DNA of 64,000 nt from Neocallimastix sp. 'constans' (lineage: Eukaryota): the NCBI GenBank assembly GCA_050613775.1, contig JBODTK010000109.1:434001-498000 (forward strand). Reading direction: 5' to 3'. Made by a program: the position numbers and the translations under genes. Shown piece after piece: positions 45,365 to 60,528 of the stretch; within the stretch, counting starts at the first letter, position 1, and every line of letters starts with the position of its first letter. The notes under the pieces were generated by a model. The model was not told the origin of the DNA, did no database searches, and saw nothing but the letters and a program-made list of their open reading frames with translations.

Positions 45365-48300
45365 CTATAGTTTTTGTTTTCGTTTCATGATTGAATTATT
45401 AATAAATAATTCAATATTATTAATAATTGTATCATATTTATTTTTATTATTGTCACTTTCAACATTGTATAGACTTGGTACAAATAATTTTACTTTTTTT
45501 TATATATATATAATAGATTTAAATAATATAAATAAATTAGGGAAAAAAAATTAATAATTTATTAATAAATTTTTTATATTATAAATATATGATTTTATAT
45601 ATTCATAAATTATTTAAATATATACCTATATTATATATCTCTTGTTCATTTGGAAGAGATTTTTGTATTTCAATAAAGTAATCAATTAACCATGAAAAAA
45701 CACTATAATAAATAAATAAATAAATAAATAATATATAAATAAATATGTGAATGTATATATAAATAAGTAGGTATAATATATAATTAACATATAATTATAA
45801 TTATATATATTTTATTATATTAATTAATTATTTTTTCGTACACTCTCTCTAGTCCAGTAATTTTATCAAAAATCATATCAAAATTTGGATTTTCTAGTAT
45901 TTCTTCTTGATTAATCTGATATAATAGTTTTCTCGGTAGCTATTTTTTATTTAATTAATATTTAAAAAATATATGTTAATATATATATATATATATATTA
46001 TATTTTTTTATTTTGATAAATAATGTAATAAATATTTATATATATTTAAATATATATACTTCATTAAACCAATTTTTAAAAAGATAACCTATACTACTTA
46101 TATCTTTTGAAGTAATAGGTTCATTATTAACTATTTGCTTCTTTATATTTTTAATTTCATTAATATTTGGTTGACTTTCAAAAACATATAATCCTTTACT
46201 AAATGCATTGGCTTTATTTAGTAACTCTCTATATATCTTTAAATATTTAATAAAATGAATAATTTATTATTAATATAATTAATAATTTTGTATTTATAAT
46301 ATTCATATCTATTAATAAAATTTATTAATATATTAATTCATTTATATATTCATTAATATATTTTAATTATATATATATATATTATATACAAATAAATATT
46401 TTTATATTATCTACCTTTAGTACTTTTGGAATATTGTATTGATTTGATTTAAAAATTGAGTCAACTTCCATTTGGCAATTTTTTATATTAACACCGAAAC
46501 ATGAATTTTGACTTTTAACTCTTAAAATTATAAAGTGATATATATCTGTTTATTTAATTATTTTATTAATAATTATAAATGAAAAAACAATATAATTAAT
46601 ATAAGATTTTGCTATGATATTCATTCTGTGTTGTATAATTATTATTTTACCATCGATAAGTAATGGAATAACAATTGATCTATTTATAGTTGCTTTACAA
46701 TTTAAAGTAAATATTATTTTTTGTGGGACTAAATTAGGTAGTATTCCAGAATTTGATGATATATTTAAATCCAACATTTGATCTTTATTTATATATTCAA
46801 AAGAGTATTTTATATTTTGACCTATTATGATTAATTCATGTTTTAAATTTTAATATTTTTAATAAAAAGTTAAGCATTCATTAAATTTTTTATAGTATTT
46901 TATATACCTTTAGATTCAATAAATATTGTATCAGTAACTTCTTCTTCAATAGGAATTTTCTTTTTAGAAAATCCAAAATCTAAATTATATTTATTTATCT
47001 TAAAAAATAATTAATAGAAAAGCAACTACATTAATATTACTGTAAAATCTATTAATATTTTATATAAAATTTTATTCATTAATTATTAATATTAATATTT
47101 TATAATTTACTTTAACATATTTTATTTCAGCATTATTTAATTGTTTTTGTTTTTGTTGGTAATCTAAAGTAAAATATATATATATAAATTATTGTAATTT
47201 TTATTAGTAATGATATAAATTCCAGAATATTAATAAAATTGTTTATTTATTATAATTACATTCATCATGTAATTGTTGTTGATACATATTAATACTATCA
47301 TTATCTAAATTTATTAAAAATTTATAGAGTTTTTCTTTTTTATCCATTGGCAATATTCCTAAAATTCCTTGTCTTAAGTTTTCCATATTATCTATAAGAT
47401 CATTTTCTTTATTAATCCCGTCCTCAATTCGTGAATAGCTACTTTGAGAAGAATCTATTTTAAAATGCCCTGTCATATTTAGTACTGTAATTTTTTCTTT
47501 AATAATATCATCATTACTGCTAAATTTTTCAAATATTGACAAATCACCATTATTATCACTATTTTTTAATTTATCATAAATACTGCTTTGTGTCGATGAC
47601 ACTGGTATTTCAGTATTATTCTTAAAGTCTTCTAATGATTTTAATGATTTTTTTCTTAGCTCAATATTACTATTACTATTATTATTATTATTATTATTAT
47701 TAAATTCAATTGGTTTATTTAATATTTCATCATTACTCTTAAATTTTTTAATACGATCTTTTACAAATCCATTATTTAATCTATATTTCTCAAGACGATG
47801 TGTTGATATTTGCTTAATATATTCTTTATTATCATCTATTTTTTTATTTAATATTTCTTGTTTTAATTCAGTAGGTGTTTCAAGATCATCTATTGGACTT
47901 TGTTTCTGATCTAAAGAAATGGATGCTATAGGGGCTAAATATGTAATAGAAGTATTTTTATTAGTTAAAATTGACTTTTGTGATGAATCAATATCTTTCT
48001 CTATTTGAGATTCATCTAATTTAAAGGATGATATATTACTTTTTTCTTTTAATTCATCAAAAAATTCAATATTTTTGTTAATTTCATCTTTCTCATTATT
48101 AGATGAATCTCTATCAGTTATTTTATTATCACTATTTACTATTAATATCTTTTTTTCAGAATTTAAATCATTTTGTAATTTAAAACTAATGTCCTGTTTA
48201 TTCTCTATATCTATTTCACCATTAGTTAACTTATTATTATGGAAGTTTTCACTATGAACAGCTTCATTTATATTATTTAGACTACTTTTTTCTTTTTTAA

Positions 48301-49192
48301 TATTTGAACTATTTCTCTTTGATTTTTCTTTTTTACTTCCAGTATTTTGCTTTTTATCACCTTTAAATTTATTAAAACTGATTCTACTATTTTCTTTCTG
48401 CAATGTATTATTTAAGTTAATATTATTTATTGATCCGCAAGTACTATTTGATCTAAAGTTAATTTCTTCTTTTAAAATGCCATAATTAGTTAGCATTTTT
48501 TTAAAGTCATTACTCAATTCTCTAATAAATGAAGTTTCTTGCTCATTTTTATCATAAAAACTATGACCTTTTATATTATTCAAACTTTTACTTTTACTAA
48601 ATTTTATTTTACCTAATGATAATCTATGACTTTTATTTAAATCTATTATACTAGGATTCGATCTATAGAGATTAACTTTATTTAACGGGTATACGATATT
48701 AGGAATTTCATTTTTAGTTATGTCATTATTAATTGAAATAATTGAGTTTCTATTTTCTAATTTATTGTTTTCGGTATCATTCATTTTTTCTGGTATATTA
48801 TTAGTTATATCTTTTGAATTTGAAATTAAAATATTAGGAGGATTATTACATGATATTTTACTTAGAATTAAGTTCTCTCTATTAAATGATTTAATTTCAT
48901 ATACTGGTGTAAATGAATAAGGTGATAATGAAGTGCTTGAAGTATACGCGGAATATGGAGTATGTGCTATTGCACTTTTCATTGAATTTATATTTATTTC
49001 TTTTCTTGTTATATCTTTTTCATTTAATTCATTTGATATTTTTGAAAAATAATCTGAAATTGTATTTTCAAATAGATCTGGTTCATGAATTGGATTATCT
49101 ATACATTTTTCATGATTACATATTTTTGGAAAACTAGTTGGAGGATATGGAAAATTATTTATTAATAATGATATTTCATCTTTGTTATCCAT
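45365..49192 (-). CDS. multi-exon protein: long low-complexity N-terminus, beta-rich (ASH/MSP-like?) segment, C-terminal RhoGAP-like domain
   Basis: Exon 1 49192-47260, then phase-consistent exons giving INKYNLDFGF...DTIFIES, SCFGVNI...NIPKVLK, KGLYVFES...SSIGYLFKNWFNELPRKLL, VFSWLIDYF, IVKLFVPSL and a TAG at 45367-45365. Follows RhoGAP motif order (FGV, IP.VL, G.YR, K.F.RELP.PL, F.P.L). Confidence 0.75.
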
Positions 49193-49295
49193 AATTAGAG
49201 CTTTTTATATATATTTAAGCGTTGGATAGTAATATATTAATATATACTGAATAATTTTATTATAAATACTTATAATTGTAATTATTCTTTTTTTT

Positions 49296-49358
<63 letters not shown>

Positions 49359-49443
49359 TTAATTAATTTTATATATTTACTGTAAACTATAATTTATACA
49401 TAAAAATAGAAATATTAATTTCATTAAATTAAGTTCATTATTT

Positions 49444-49490
<47 letters not shown>

Positions 49491-50170
49491 GTTTTATTCA
49501 TATAATTTATCAATAATTATTTTATTACAAAATTTTATTATGAATTTTATTACTTTTTTTTTAAATATACCATTTTTTATAATTACAAAATTTTTATTTT
49601 AATTTAAATATAATAAATACAGTTTTGTTAATTTTTCTTTTATCATGATAATTTCTTTATTCTTTATTATAATTTCTATTTTTTTTTTATTATCATTATA
49701 AAAATAATAATAAAACTTTATGTTATATTAAATAACGCACATATTTATATATTTAAAAAATAACTTCATTAATAATATATATTAATACTAATACAGTTAT
49801 AAAAAAATAATTATTAGATTTATATTTTTTTTTTATTAATAATATTTAATATCATAAATTTTTTATATTTAATTAAATTTTAAGAGAGTATTTTTAAATA
49901 TAATTTAAAAAATTTAAAATATTAAAGTTTAGTAACAACGCATATAAGACTTTCATATAATCAATTAAAATAGCTTTAATAATGAAAAATCTTAATAAAT
50001 AGTAAAATAATAGTTTGTATTTAAATATATTTTTTATGATATCACTCTATATTTATCATAATAGATACTAAAATAAAAAAATATCAATACTAAAAATTTT
50101 TATTCTTTAATAATTTAAAAAACTATTTATCAGTTGATAATAATAATATTATTATTATAATAATAATATA

Positions 50171-50205
<35 letters not shown>

Positions 50206-50227
50206 TAGAAGAATAAAATTTATTAAA

Positions 50228-51459
50228 ATGTCTGAAAATATACCTGAACAACCAAGTACACCAGAACAAGATGTTGTTCCAGGTGAAGAATTAAAAGAAG
50301 GAAGCAGTTCTAATAATAATAGGTAATTAAAAATTAAACGAAATATTAATTTTCAGTTAAATCCTTTTATTATTAACAAAGAAACGATCACAACAAGAAT
50401 ATTAATTAAAACAATATTTAAAACAATATGAAAAAAGTGTTGTTGTAAAAGTTGGTATGGTAGGAGATAGTCAAATTGGAAAAACAAGTTTAATGGTTAA
50501 ATATGTTGAAGGATCTTTTGATGAAGATTATATTCAAACATTAGGTAAAAATTTTTTAAAAAAAATTCTATTATAAAGAAATATAAAAATAAATTTAAGA
50601 ATTCTTAAAATCAAATAAATATTAATAAATAATTATTCTAAAGGTGTTAATTTCATGGAGAAAACAATTATGATTAGAAATACTGGTATTACATTCAGTA
50701 TATGGGATCTTGGAGGTTATTATTAAAAAAAATGAAATAAATAAATAAAAAAATGAAAATTATAATCAATATTTGAATGAAACTTTATATAATAAATTAT
50801 AATCATTAAAAATAAAATAGGTCAAAGAGAATTTGTTAATATGCTTCCATTAGTTTGTAATGATGCAGTTGCTTTATTATTTATGTTTGATTTATCAAGA
50901 AAATCTACACTGAATAGTATTAAAGAATGGTACAGACAAGCAAGAGGATTTAATAAAGTAATATAATAAATTAATTAATTTTATTAATATAATAAATTAT
51001 TTATAGAATACGGTACTTTCTATTAAAGATAGTTCAATTAAAAAAATTATTATAAATTGCATTAAAAAATTAATGAATATTATGCTAATACATTAATAAT
51101 TAATATATAAAAGACTGCTATTCCGTTTTTAATTGGAACAAAATATGATCAATTTGCAACACTTACTCCTGAAGAACAAGAAGAAATAACAAATCAAGTA
51201 AATGAAATATATATTATAAATTTATTAAACATTTTAATTAATATATATATTGAATATTAATCTTTTTTTTTTTTTATAAATTTGATATATATAGGCAAGA
51301 AAATATGCCAAAGCAATGAAGGCTTCATTAGTTTTTTGTTCGACTTCACATTCAATTAATGTTCAAAAATTATTTAAAATTGTGTTAAGTAAAGTATTTA
51401 ATCTTAAATGTACCATTGCCAGAATTGAAGATATTGGTGCCCCAATATTAGAATATTAA
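50228..51459 (+). CDS. TEM1: Spg1/Tem1 septation-initiation / mitotic-exit GTPase; exons 50228-50322, 50438-50544, 50644-50715, 50821-50957, 51114-51197, 51295-51459
   Basis: [95 protein letters not shown] and [16 protein letters not shown] are diagnostic of Spg1/Tem1. All splice phases are consistent. Confidence 0.95.
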
Positions 51460-51959
51460 GTAATTAGTTTTGAAATTAATTATACAAATCAGCCAAAATC
51501 AATATAAAACAAAATAAAAATTAATCAAACAACTTACTAAAAAAAAAATAATTAATCGAACAACTTTAATAATATAAAAAATTAAATAATTAATAGAATA
51601 ATATTAATTAAATATAAATAATATAAATATATTTTATATTAAAAGATAATATTTTCATAATTATTATTAATATTATAATAATAAAAAAATTTAAAAAATA
51701 TAAAAAAGTCTTAAATAATTACTATAACTTTATATATATAATATCAACATATTATTTTTTTATTTAAATATAATATCTTTTATTAATTATATTTATTATA
51801 TTTTTTGAAATTTTTTGTTAATTTTTAATATTTTACTATTTTTATTATTAAAAAAAAAAAGTAAAAGAAAATAAAAACAGCCAATTACATGTTAATAATA
51901 ATATAATTTATATATTAGTTGATATTAATATTTTTAATTACTTAATAAATAAAAAATAA

Positions 51960-54900
51960 AATATTTATATAGTTTAATTTGCTTTAAGAATACTATTGTT
52001 TAAATATATTTTACTTTAATGCTTGTTTATTGTTTTGATTATAAGATCATATCTATTTTTACATGATAAGGGTTGATTATAGCGTTTTCTTATGATTTGA
52101 TAAAATATCTAATTGACATTTTAATTCAATATCATCATTTGATGACTTTGGTTTTAACATATTTATTATTTATGCACTTTAAAAATTTTTTATTTAATTT
52201 TTCTTGTTTTTCATTTAAATTTTCATCTTTATTCTATTTATTTTAATATTTTCAATATATATTTTATTGTTTATTTATTCTTAACTTATACACAATTGAA
52301 AAATATCATTATTAAATGGATACAGATGATTCTTTAGTTTTTCTTGTAGTCTATTTGAAGAAAAACTTTTATTAAAGTTTTTCTTCAAATAGTCTACATA
52401 CATAATGATCATTACAATTTTTTAATTTTTAATATAAAATATTTACTGTTTTCTATAGTAAGTTTATCTATTTTTTTTTTAAACTCTATATTGATTTCTT
52501 TATTTGTATGTGAATAACCCTATGTTTTCATCAATTAATCTGAATAGCTCATTTTTAGAGAATTATTTTTGCATTGACTTTTCTGGAACTTGACTTTTTA
52601 AACTACATTATTCATCAATTATGTTTTTAATAATATCATTAATATTTAAATTGAATAATAATAAAAATATTATAATTAAATGTCCTATATAAATATCTAA
52701 TGAATAATATATACTAATATATCTAATTAAATGCATTACCATCTATTTTTTAATTAAATAATATACTATTATCAGTTTCTATTGTAAATACATGTTTCTA
52801 AGAGTTTTTCAGATTTTTCATTATCATTACTAATATTAATTATTTCCAAAGACAGCTCTTTTAATTTTTTTTCAAGATCTTCAAAATTTTTGAAAATTTT
52901 TTGTAAATTTAATAATAAATGAAATATTTCTTTTTGTATGATTTCATTTTCTTTTTTCCAATATAGTTTTTTCCGTATAATTTTATATCCATCTTATATT
53001 TTAATTCACTATTTTCATTAGGAAAAACAAATATTTTATTTTTGAAAATCTTTATTTATTAACTTTAAATAATGATTCATTTTTTTTGTGAATCTGAAAT
53101 TAATTTATCCTTTAATAAATTTAAAATTTATAAATAAATAATATCTTTTGGTTGATTTTCAATGATATCTTTAAATATATTAACTTCATGATCATATTAT
53201 TTTCTTTTTCAATGAATCTGATTGTTTCTTATTGTCATTATTTCTGATTTTAACCCAGCTATTAAATTTTTAATTTTTCATGTAAATGGTGTTTTTGATT
53301 TTCATTTGTTTTTCTTTTCTTTCTTTAATTTTTAAATAATCTTTACTATCATTTAATTCTTCAATTTCTTCTTGATAAGTTATATTTAATTTAATTGTAA
53401 TTCATATTCTTGATTCTTTTTTATTTTATTTTCATTGATATTCATGTATTTTTTGTTTTAATTTTTAAATTTTTAATTTAATAAAATTTTTAATTGTTTA
53501 CTTTTTTTAAATTCTTTTTTATTTTCATTATTATCTTTTTTGAATTTGGAGATTTTATATATAATATTTTATAATTTTCATTCAATTCAATATATAATTT
53601 TAAATTTATTTCTTAAGTTTGTTAATAAAATTACTGTTATTTAAATCTTTTATTTTTATATCTATTTTTTTGATATTTGCTTTTAATGAGTTATTTATTT
53701 AATTATTTTGTTGTAAATTTTAATATTTTTCTTTTAAATCCTTTTTACTTTTTAAAAATTAATTGTATTGTTTTAAATATTTATTACAATTTTTATCATG
53801 TAATTTATTATTTTCTATTGAATTGTTATACTTTTTAATAACTTGTTCATTAATTACTGACATTGATTATAATTGATAAAATTTCATCTTTTTCTTTTTC
53901 AAAAGATTTTATCAATTTATTTCCTTCTTTAATATCTTTCATTTAGCTATTAAGATAGCAACTACGAAAAGAAAGACTATAACATATTTAAACATATGTT
54001 AGTAAATACTAAAATACCATCATCTGAATATTTTTCTGCAACTAAATGAATAGGTGAAAAACATATGATTAATAAATATATTATACTTTTAATTTTATTT
54101 TTTTATAAGAGGTATTTTCTAGAAGTTTCGTCCTGTAAAGCTTCCTTTAAAATCACATATTGAACAATCTATAGTAGAAAGAAGTTCAATATTATCATAA
54201 AATCTTTTTTGTAACTATTTATTTCTTATTCCATCTTTCTCTTTCAATACTTTAATATTTCTTAAATAATTTGTTAAATTCTTAATTTGGTTTCTTTATG
54301 GTATTTCTCCATATTTAATAATTTTCATTTTCTTTTATTAAATAATTATTTTGTTCAATTATTAATTCACTATTCTTTTCTTATTTTTCTATTAAATTTT
54401 TGATATTATATATTTGATTATCTTGATTGTTTGATGTAGATAAAAAAAATATCTTATTTATTATTTTGTTAATATTATTATAATTGACATAGTTTTCATT
54501 AATTTTTTTTTTTTTTTGTATTTTATTTAAAAATTTTTCAATTTCATAGCCTTTTCAGACTATCATAATTTCATTTTAATTATATTTAGTATTTGCATTT
54601 GCATTAATTGAATTTTTTTTTTTAATGTTTTAATTATTTAATTCTTTTTAAGTTAAATTTATTAAATTAAATTTATAATTAAAACCTTATTTATATTTTA
54701 ATGTCTAAATTTTGTTATTACCTCGGAAATTTTATAAACTTATTTTTTGGAAAAATATTTAATATATAAACTCTGCATTAAGGTTTATTAATATTTCTAT
54801 TTTTTCCAATATTAAAATATCTTCATCAATTTAATTTTTTTATCTTATAAATAATAAATTAATCACTTTTGAAAAATCCAGTTAATATATATTTAAATTC
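51960..54900 (-). pseudogene. heavily decayed coding relic (Lys/Glu-rich, coiled-coil-like), unidentified
   Basis: Coding-like strand skew (GAA/AAA-rich on the minus strand) and short protein-like pieces such as FSPIHLVAEKYSDDGILVFT and MKDIKEGNKLIKSFEKEKDEIL, but no long ORF. Confidence 0.35.
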
Positions 54901-56458
54901 TCAATATAATTATAATTAATAATTGAATTTCTAATATTTAATTAATATAAAAAAAATGGCTAGAAAAAAAAGTAAAAATAAAAGAGAAAATAAAGTATTT
55001 AATCTCATTTAATTAATGTATACAATTAAATTAATTCACAAATAAAAAAAATAAATAATTTAGAACTTAATTTTTCTGTTGATTTAAATATGTTTTAAAA
55101 TTAATTTAATCCTGAAAAAATTCCAAACTTCAGTTGCAACCTTTTAAAGAAAAATTTAATATTCTTGGAATTATAAATAAAATAGATCAAGAATATCTAA
55201 AAGAAGAAATTAATTCTAAAAATGAACACCAAAGTATTTAGATAATATTTGTATTAAAGTAATATATAAATTTTAGTTTTATGATTAAAATTCCAATATT
55301 TTATTATATTTGTATATTAATTATTTTTATTTACACAATTTTAATAAATAATCATGAAGAAAAATATTAAATAAGAATTCTATTAGAAGGTGTAATCGAA
55401 TATTTATAAAAATAATTACATGATATAAATATTAATTATATAATATATATTTTTTTCTTTTTTAAAAAAATAAAAATAATGATTTTAAAGGGTTGATAAA
55501 TTATAAGCATTAGATCAAGATAATACTAACATAGAAATATGGAAAAAAAAATTTGATGATTGAAAGATGAATGAAAATACAAGGTTAAAATCAATTTTAA
55601 AGAAGCATCTTAATTATATATCTGTAAATGCTAAAATTATTGAACAAATAAATTCATTATTGATTGTTAATAGTAAACAATATATCTTTAATTAAAAAAA
55701 AAATTTCATAATAAAATTTTTATTTTATCAATTAGAATAATTATATATAAAGGCCGAACAAATATCTCTTTAGTATTATAATAGAAAGTAATAAAAATTA
55801 ATAATAAAAACTCATTTGATTATTTACATATTATTTTTATATAGAATTATCAAAGATAATTATATTATAACATATATTGAAGCACAACATATTTTGTGAA
55901 AATAATTTTTTAAATACATATTTTTTATATTGATAAGAATAACAGTAATTTTTTATATATACTTTTTTTGTATATAGAATATTATATACAATAAATATTA
56001 AAAAAAATAAAAAAAAAAAAAAAAAATAAAAAAATATATATATATATATATATATATATTAAATAAATAAAATTTTTGTATATAAAAAAAACTTTTTAAA
56101 TTAAAAAATATTATTTAAAGTTTATTGTTTATTACTAATTGATATAAAAGAAATAATTATTGGACTTAAAATTTTTATTTGAAAAAATTAAAAATTTACT
56201 TTAAATATTTTACATATAATTAAAAAATATTTTATATTTATGTAAAATATTAGTATATTATACTTAATATATGTAATAGAAAAGAAAAGAAAAAAAATAT
56301 TTACTTTTTTAGTTTTTTTGCTTTGAAAAAAATAATAATAGTAATTAATTAAAAACTTTACATAATGAATGAAAACAAAATGTATTATAATCAACAATGA
56401 ATATAATTATTTTAATAATAACTTTTTCATTTTTTAAAAATAATTAAATACCTTTAAT

Positions 56459-56494
<36 letters not shown>

Positions 56495-57007
56495 CAAAAA
56501 AGAATATATATATGTATTAATTTTTTAAAATCTAATTTTTTTTTTTTTTAATTATTAATAATTATTGAGAACTCTATTATTCATTATTAAAAATTAAAAT
56601 TAATAACTTCAACCTTTTTCTTTGTATAAAGAAATATAAAATTATTATATTATTATAATTTTAATATTATATATATTTTAGTACTAATTATTAATATAGA
56701 ATCTAAAATAATCTATATCAGAAGTATTTTGTTAAAAAAAAATAATAAATGTTTAACTTTCTTTAAATAATAAATATGTAAATGACTATAATTGAAAAGC
56801 TTTATTACGAATTATCATTTTTATTTATTAAAAAAAAATGTAAAATTCAGTAAACTTACATCCACTAGATAAAAATAAAATGTTAATATATACAATATTC
56901 CTTAGAATATAGTCTCTTAAATTAATGTATATAGTTGTATATTAAAAATCATACACAATAAGTTATATCTAAGTAATTTACAGTTTATTATATAATGAAG
57001 AAAAAAT

Positions 57008-57150
57008 AAATGCAACTTTCATTTCCCCAAGTTGCATTTCGGCAAGTTGCATTTCGGTGAAATGCCACATTTTTTTAATACGCCACATACTTTCAAAAGA
57101 ATGGCGAAATGCAACCTGCGAAATGCAATTTGGCGAAATGCCCCACTCCT
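57008..57150. other. GC-rich array of inverted GAAATGCAA/TTGCATTTC motifs; solo transposon end or promoter module
   Basis: 11-bp inverted repeat aaatgcaactt/aagttgcattt; two ttgcatttcgg; three cgaaatgc; two gccacat. End gaaatgccccactcc resembles the MULE right end gaaacgcaccaccctc. Confidence 0.55.
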
Positions 57151-57457
57151 TTGTTAATAATATATTTAAATTTTCAGAACGTAATATATATATATATCTT
57201 AAGATATTAATATTTTATTATATACATTATTTTTTGTTAATACCAATAATTAATAATTAAGTTTTATAATAAATTTATATATTAACTTAACGATTTTAAT
57301 TCATATCAAAAAAAAAAAAAAAAATTTAAATAAAAATAATTTAATCATTAAAAAATTAATATTAGTTTTAATCATAATTAAAATAAAAATTAAAGTTTTT
57401 TAATTTTTTTTATAGTATAAACATTTTTTTATTATTTTATTTTATCTTTCCATAAAC

Positions 57458-58895
57458 ATGCACTTTCTACAAATTAATAATGGTAATGATGATTATTCAA
57501 AAAAATCAAATTTTCAAAAAGAAATAAATAATTGTGATTATTTTCAGAATAATAATATTGAGGAATATAATATACAAATAGAGCCTTATTTGTTAAATAT
57601 TAACAATAATTATTGTAACATTAATAAAAATAATAATGAAATATTATTAGAAAATGATTATAATTTACTTTTTTTTGAAAATAATGAATACTATGATAAT
57701 ATAAATAATAAAGACTTCTTAGATATAAATGATAATAAAAATAGTGAGTCCTTAAATTTAAAAATAAATTATAATACAAATAATAATACTAATTATGGCA
57801 GACAGCAATATAATCAAAATTATAAAAATTTTCCTTTTTTAGATTTAGATAATACCAGAAGTATTTCAAAACCAAATATTATAAATAATCTTAAATCTAA
57901 CTTTCATGATTATAAAGAAGGTAAGTAAATATTTCTTTTACAATTATTATGACTTCTTCTTTTATTTTTTTTTTTTTTACTTAAAAAATGAATATATATA
58001 TATTATTATTATAAAAAGAATTAAATTTTAATTTATTAGAAATATATGAGCCAAATATCATAAATGATGACAGAATTAATAAACAAAATCTTATCAATAA
58101 TGAATATGATTATTCATGCATTTCCAATAAAATCTTATTTCTTAAAAAAGATTTAGAAAAATCACTTATTTATACAGTTCAAAATTATGGTGTTGGATCA
58201 TATAATATTAAACTAATTGGTAAATATATGTTTTATAATATATATAATATATATATCAACTTTAATAATATAAGTAATATTTTATAATATATATTATTTT
58301 ATATAAACTTTTATTATTCGATTTATTAAAATTAGATGATATTAAAGATTTAATATGTCAAATTGACTTAGTATTACAAAAATTCACATCTCAAGATTAT
58401 ATATCACAAAATAAAAATAATGTTAAAACTAATAGTAATAATATAGAAAAAAAAAAGAAAAGAATACCAAAAACCTGGAAAATGTCAACCTCTAAAATAA
58501 ATTCAAATAAAATACATATTGAAAAGGATAAAACAAATGAAAAATCATATCAACAATTAAAAAAGAAAGAAAAGAAAGAAAAGAAAGAATTTGAAAATTT
58601 TAATAATAAAACTGATATCAATAAAGAAAAAATTAACATTAAAGAAAGTAAAACTACAATTAGTGAACATTCCCTAAATAATAATATAGATAATATTAAT
58701 AAGTTACCCATGATTGTTAATATAACAAATAAAAAATCTAGAACATTAACAGATAGACGCTATCATATTGATTTCAATAATTTTTACACCTTAATTGAAA
58801 AAGCGCAAGAAATGTTACATACTATGAACAAATATGAAAAAACTCAGCACGATCAGCACTATCAATTTCTCTACAAAATGTGTGATACTAATTAA
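57458..58895 (+). CDS. hypothetical Asn/Lys-rich protein; exons 57458-57920, 58040-58219, 58336-58895
   Basis: Two phase-1 GT-AG introns join the 57458 and 58482 ORFs through an open middle exon. No recognisable domain. Confidence 0.65.
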
Positions 58896-59235
58896 ATTTG
58901 ATACCATCACACAATAGTAATTAAAAAAAAAAAAAAAAAAAAAAAAAAGACATTTTATAAATATGTATTAAAATAATGATTTCTAATAAATTTATATTAA
59001 AATAAATAAAATAAAATAAAATAAAAGTTTTATATGATTATCTTAATAAATAATATAATATATATAATAATTGAAATATAAAATATTTAAATATTTATAT
59101 ATATATAAAATCTTTCTAATATTTTATCTTTTTAATAAAATTCTCTAATTTTATAATAAAGAAAATTTAGTAATTTTTTTTATAACACATTATTTCTTAT
59201 TATTGATTATTGATTATTATTGATTATTTTAATTG

Positions 59236-59444
<209 letters not shown>

Positions 59445-60006
59445 TTCATAATTTAATTATATACATATTTATTTTAAAATTTAAAATAAATACTGAAATA
59501 TATTGCAATATATATAAATAAATATATACAAAAAATACAAAATTTTACAATTTCAATAATATATTATCATAATATATTTGAGATATAAAATACTTAAATT
59601 TTATATATATATATAAATACATATTTAAACGTTTTTAGTAAATTCATTGTTTGCTCATAGTTTTTTAATATATTCTTTTTCTTTTATTTTTTGAAAAAAA
59701 GAATAAATAACTGAATTTTATCGTATATAAAGAATAATTAAAAATTAGTTCTACAAAAATATATATAATTAAATAATAAATCATTTAAACATTGAAATTT
59801 TACATATTATAAATTATCAATAAATAGCTAATTTATATATATTTATATATTATATTGTCAATTAATACATATACAACATTTCATATTAAATCTTTATTTC
59901 ATTCAAACTGCGAAATAAAGCATACATACATAATAATCTTCTAGTACTGTATTATTAAAACTATATATATATAATAAATAAATTTTATTAAACAAAAATA
60001 ATTGAA

Positions 60007-60497
60007 ATGTCAGGAAATTCAAAGAAAGATTTCTTGGCCAACTTGAAATCTATAAAAATTAAACAACAAAAGCAAATTAGCTTAATTCAAAGTAAAGTTG
60101 AAGAAGATGACAATTTATTGATAAATCTTATCGCATATTTAAAAGTATTTTTCTTTTTTTAAATTAAAATTTTATTATTATTATTATTATTATTTTTTAT
60201 GATATATAATTCTTAATACAATAAATAAATTTTAATACTTAAAATTATAATATTAATAATTATAAATATTATTTATAAATAATATATTTAAAGAAAAGGG
60301 TCGAAATTGAAAGAGAATATAATAAAAATATGGAAAAGAATAATAAAGCTTTCCAAGCTAAGATTAAGAAGTCTGTTAAATCATCAACAGAATCACTTCA
60401 TTCCAATTCTTCAGATGATGATATAAATTTAAGGTATGTTTTTCATATTTTATTATTTTTTTAATCCATTTTCAAATTTCAAAGAAATACAATTATT

Positions 60498-60528
<31 letters not shown>

